64,000 nt of DNA. It comes from Patescibacteria group bacterium (lineage in GTDB: Bacteria; Patescibacteriota; Patescibacteriia; SBBC01; CAIJZX01). Below the pieces are notes generated by a model that was not told the origin of the DNA, did not search any database, and worked only from the letters and a program-made list of their open reading frames with translations. Both the position numbers and the translations under genes were made by a program. Within the stretch, counting starts at the first letter, position 1. Every line of letters starts with the position of its first letter. Where the stretch lies: positions 32,106-96,105 of the forward strand of contig JBBTRH010000013.1 of NCBI GenBank assembly GCA_038065275.1, in the 5' to 3' direction. Positions 61,487 through 64,000 of this stretch are shown piece after piece.

Positions 61487-61676
61487 GAAGAACCTCCAGG
61501 GTTTAGGATTGAACTACATGCGAAGACCCCATACAGGCGGCCCGGATTGAATTCAGAAAGGACGACCAGACCGAGCAGGATATCATTGTTAATGAAATAA
61601 GTCAAGACCTTTCCTGCACAAATTCCCCAACCTTAGCCAAAATCTCCATTTTCAAGACGTGATATACTAAACTAAT

Positions 61677-63470
61677 ATGACTGATTTTATTAAGGTTGCG
61701 CGCCCTCTCCCCCAAAAACCCGGCGTTTACCTTTTCCACGCCGCTGATGACACCGTTATCTACGTCGGTAAAGCAAACAACTTGCGATCGCGGGTATCGT
61801 CGTACTTCCGCCAGAGCGCCAGCCTGCCGTTAGCCAAACAGTTGATGGTCGAACAGGTCGTCCGCATCGAGCACATCATCGTCCGGTCGGAAACAGAAGC
61901 GCTACTTCTCGAATCGACGCTAATTAAAAAGTACCGGCCGAAGTATAACGTTATCCTCAAGGACGACAAATATTTCCAATACATCAAAATCGCCTGGCGC
62001 GAACGATTCCCGACAGTCAGCACCGTCCGCCGCGTGACCATCGATGGCAGTCGTTATTTCGGACCGTACACGTCGGGGTTAGCGGTACGGCAGACGATGC
62101 GCCTGCTGAAGCGGTTGTTTCCGTATAAAAGCTGTAACAATGCTCCCGAAGTCCCCTGCTTTGATTATCAACTGGGCCGCTGTCTCGGTCATGAGACTGG
62201 AAAAAGCAGTGCGGCCAAATACCGCGCGATTATTCTCAAGCTGATCGCCTTCCTCGAGGGCCGGACCGGCACGATTCTTACCGATCTGAAGCGGGACATG
62301 AAACACGCGGCGGCGCGGCGTGACTTCGAAGCCGCCGCGCTGTACCGCGACCGTCGGCGGGCATTGAATCACATCATCGAACAGCAAACGGTCGTCACGC
62401 CGCGCCGCGATTCGTTCGATGTTATGGCGCTCGCCCGCCGTGATGAGCTGGCCGCCGTTAATCTGTTCCAAATCCGTCAAGGCAAACTCGTGCAACGAGA
62501 TCAGTTCATGCTCCAGCACGTTCGCGACCAAGGCGATGCTGAGATACTGACCGCTTTCATCGAGCAATACTATAGCCAGTCAACGGTTCATCCGCGGTTG
62601 GTTGTCACGCCGGTAGCGCTGGCGCCGGAAGTCGGCCACGCGCTCCAGCTCGACATTCGCCCCGCTCAACGCGGGCTGAAAAGAAAACTGGCGGCCATGG
62701 GTCACGAAAACGCCGAAGATTATTTACAGCGCGAACGAGAACGGTGGATGAGCGAGGAATCGAAAGCTAAGCTGGCGCTCGAAGAGTTGGCGCATGCCTT
62801 AAACCTCGAAGGGCCGCCGAAGCGGATCGAAATGTATGACATCTCCAACTTCCAGGGTAAGCATCCGGTCGGATCGATGGTAGTCTTCGAAAACGGTTTA
62901 CCAAAAAAATCAGATTATCGGAAGTTCGCCATTCGCGACACGAACATTCCCGATGATCAACACCGGCTGGCCGAGGTTGTCCGCCGTCGATTTACGCATC
63001 ATGCTCAAAGTGGTCTGGCGGGCCAGGCACCCGAGTCAACGAGTGGTGCCTGGCCAATGCCTGATTTGCTCATCCTCGACGGCGGAAAGTCGCAGTTGTC
63101 TGTCGTGACAAAGAACGTGCCGGGGCTGGCCCAGCACATGTCGGTTATCGCCTTGGCGAAAGGGCGAGAGGAAATTTTCGTGCCGGGCCGGTCTCAACCC
63201 ATTCGTTTGTCCGCCGGCTCACAAGAGTTGTTTCTGATGCAACGCATCCGCGATGAAGCCCATCGTTTCGCGATCGGCTACTACCGGAAAATTCATCGCC
63301 GCGAAACCACTCGATCAATACTCGATGAAATTCCGGGTTTAGGAATAGAGGCGAAGCGGAAATTACTGCAACAATTCGGCACGCTCCAGGACATCCGCGC
63401 CGCCGGTGAGAACGAGTTGAAAAAAATCGTCGGCCCGAAGAAAACCAAATTACTGCAGGAGCACTTATAA
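61677..63470 (+). CDS. uvrC: excinuclease ABC subunit C UvrC
   Basis: GIY-YIG N-terminus (GVYLFHAADDTVIYVGKANNLRSRVSSYF), UvrBC domain, C-terminal HhH. Confidence 0.93.
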   Translation: MTDFIKVARPLPQKPGVYLFHAADDTVIYVGKANNLRSRVSSYFRQSASLPLAKQLMVEQVVRIEHIIVRSETEALLLESTLIKKYRPKYNVILKDDKYFQYIKIAWRERFPTVSTVRRVTIDGSRYFGPYTSGLAVRQTMRLLKRLFPYKSCNNAPEVPCFDYQLGRCLGHETGKSSAAKYRAIILKLIAFLEGRTGTILTDLKRDMKHAAARRDFEAAALYRDRRRALNHIIEQQTVVTPRRDSFDVMALARRDELAAVNLFQIRQGKLVQRDQFMLQHVRDQGDAEILTAFIEQYYSQSTVHPRLVVTPVALAPEVGHALQLDIRPAQRGLKRKLAAMGHENAEDYLQRERERWMSEESKAKLALEELAHALNLEGPPKRIEMYDISNFQGKHPVGSMVVFENGLPKKSDYRKFAIRDTNIPDDQHRLAEVVRRRFTHHAQSGLAGQAPESTSGAWPMPDLLILDGGKSQLSVVTKNVPGLAQHMSVIALAKGREEIFVPGRSQPIRLSAGSQELFLMQRIRDEAHRFAIGYYRKIHRRETTRSILDEIPGLGIEAKRKLLQQFGTLQDIRAAGENELKKIVGPKKTKLLQEHL

Positions 63471-63521
63471 GTGAAGCTCCGCCAGTCGCCGCCTTTGGCG
63501 GGATCCCGCTTGCGGCGGTGA

Positions 63522-63636
63522 CAGGAGCTGGCGGCCTCACCGAGATGCGGTGCGGAGCCACGTAGAAGCCAAGCGCTTTACGTGGCGGAGCGTAACCCCG
63601 CATCCGTCCCGCCCGCTGGCGGGACTGGTGCGCGGG
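63522..63636. repeat. GC-rich structured intergenic element, copy B (same core as 9029..9109 plus a ~40-nt hairpin insertion)
   Basis: CAGGAGCTGGCGGCCTCAC ... AACCCCGCATCCGTCCCGCCCGCTGGCGGGACTGGTGCGCGGG. Loop differs from copy A (CGCT vs AGCG) while the stem is kept. Confidence 0.7.
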
Positions 63637-63852
63637 ATAAACAAGTCTCCGGTCACGACCAAAGCTGAACGCCGCCAACGCCGGAAACGCCCGCGGATGA
63701 AAGTCCAGGGCGCTTCGGTCAAGAAATTACAGCAAATTATCATCCGGCGTGCGAAGGAAATATAGGGGCATTATTGACGCTTAGCACTCGTCGTGGTACA
63801 GTAGCGCGGCATCTGTTTTTCGTTGCCACTTCGCACAGAACCTCTTAAGAAG

Positions 63853-64000
63853 TATGCCTGCTTGGATTAAGTCCGCATTCCCCGCCGTCCAAATCGGCTT
63901 GTCGGTGTTACTGGTCGTTTTCATTCTCATCCAGAGCAAAGGCTCCGGCCTATCCGGCGTTTTCGGCGGCGAAGGGAACGTCTACCGGACGAAACGCGGG
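63853..64000 (+). CDS. secG: preprotein translocase subunit SecG (5' partial; continues beyond the window)
   Basis: MPAWIKSAFPAVQIGLSVLLVVFILIQSKGSGLSGVFGGEGNVYRTKRG matches the SecG N-terminus (LIQ..KG.GLSG.FGG). Confidence 0.7.

Noticed and set aside
63690-63852. Possible RNase P RNA, suggested by GATGAAAGTCCAGGGC (like the P4 GGAAAGUCCGGGC) and a later ACAGAACC
   Set aside because: The putative P4 strands do not pair with each other. The region is only ~380 nt and is bounded by the secG start at 63853. The resemblance is limited to two short k-mers.

Overview
This 64 kb window is bacterial chromosome with a core GC of about 55-58%. It is dense with housekeeping genes. A Fur-linked suf Fe-S cluster operon runs sufC-sufB-sufD-[SET domain]-sufS-sufU, with an embedded Nudix gene. 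Other core genes include Fe/Mn superoxide dismutase, leucyl aminopeptidase, a ZIP transporter, an SDR, an RRM RNA-binding protein, a UPF0182 membrane protein, the dnaG-rpoD operon, ppsA, groES-groEL with a CIRCE operator, csrA, uvrA, truD, uvrC, and the start of secG. Two low-GC, tRNA-associated islands interrupt this core. Island 1 spans about 21.1-32.5 kb. It carries a complete type I R-M system (hsdR-hsdM-hsdS) with two uncharacterised genes nested between hsdM and hsdS. It also carries a Cas4/RecB-like Fe-S nuclease, DUF3892 and DUF2188 genes, and an XRE/ImmA pair. It is bounded on the left by a serine-recombinase gene remnant and on the right by a tRNA-Asn locus that contains an interrupted tRNA-like sequence and a degenerate partial duplicate. 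Island 2 spans about 36.6-40.0 kb. It is a single MmeI-like type IIG R-M gene next to tRNA-Ser. Beyond the genes, the window holds several unusual repeat families. One is a long inverted repeat (CCCGTTAGA...TCTAACGGG) whose arms covary and which abuts the start codons of dnaG, rpoD, groES and a small ORF. Another is a 110-120 nt MITE-like element in three copies. A third is a GC-rich structured element in two copies. There is also a pair of paralogous secreted cysteine-rich proteins. All calls are made by eye from motifs, with no database searches run.
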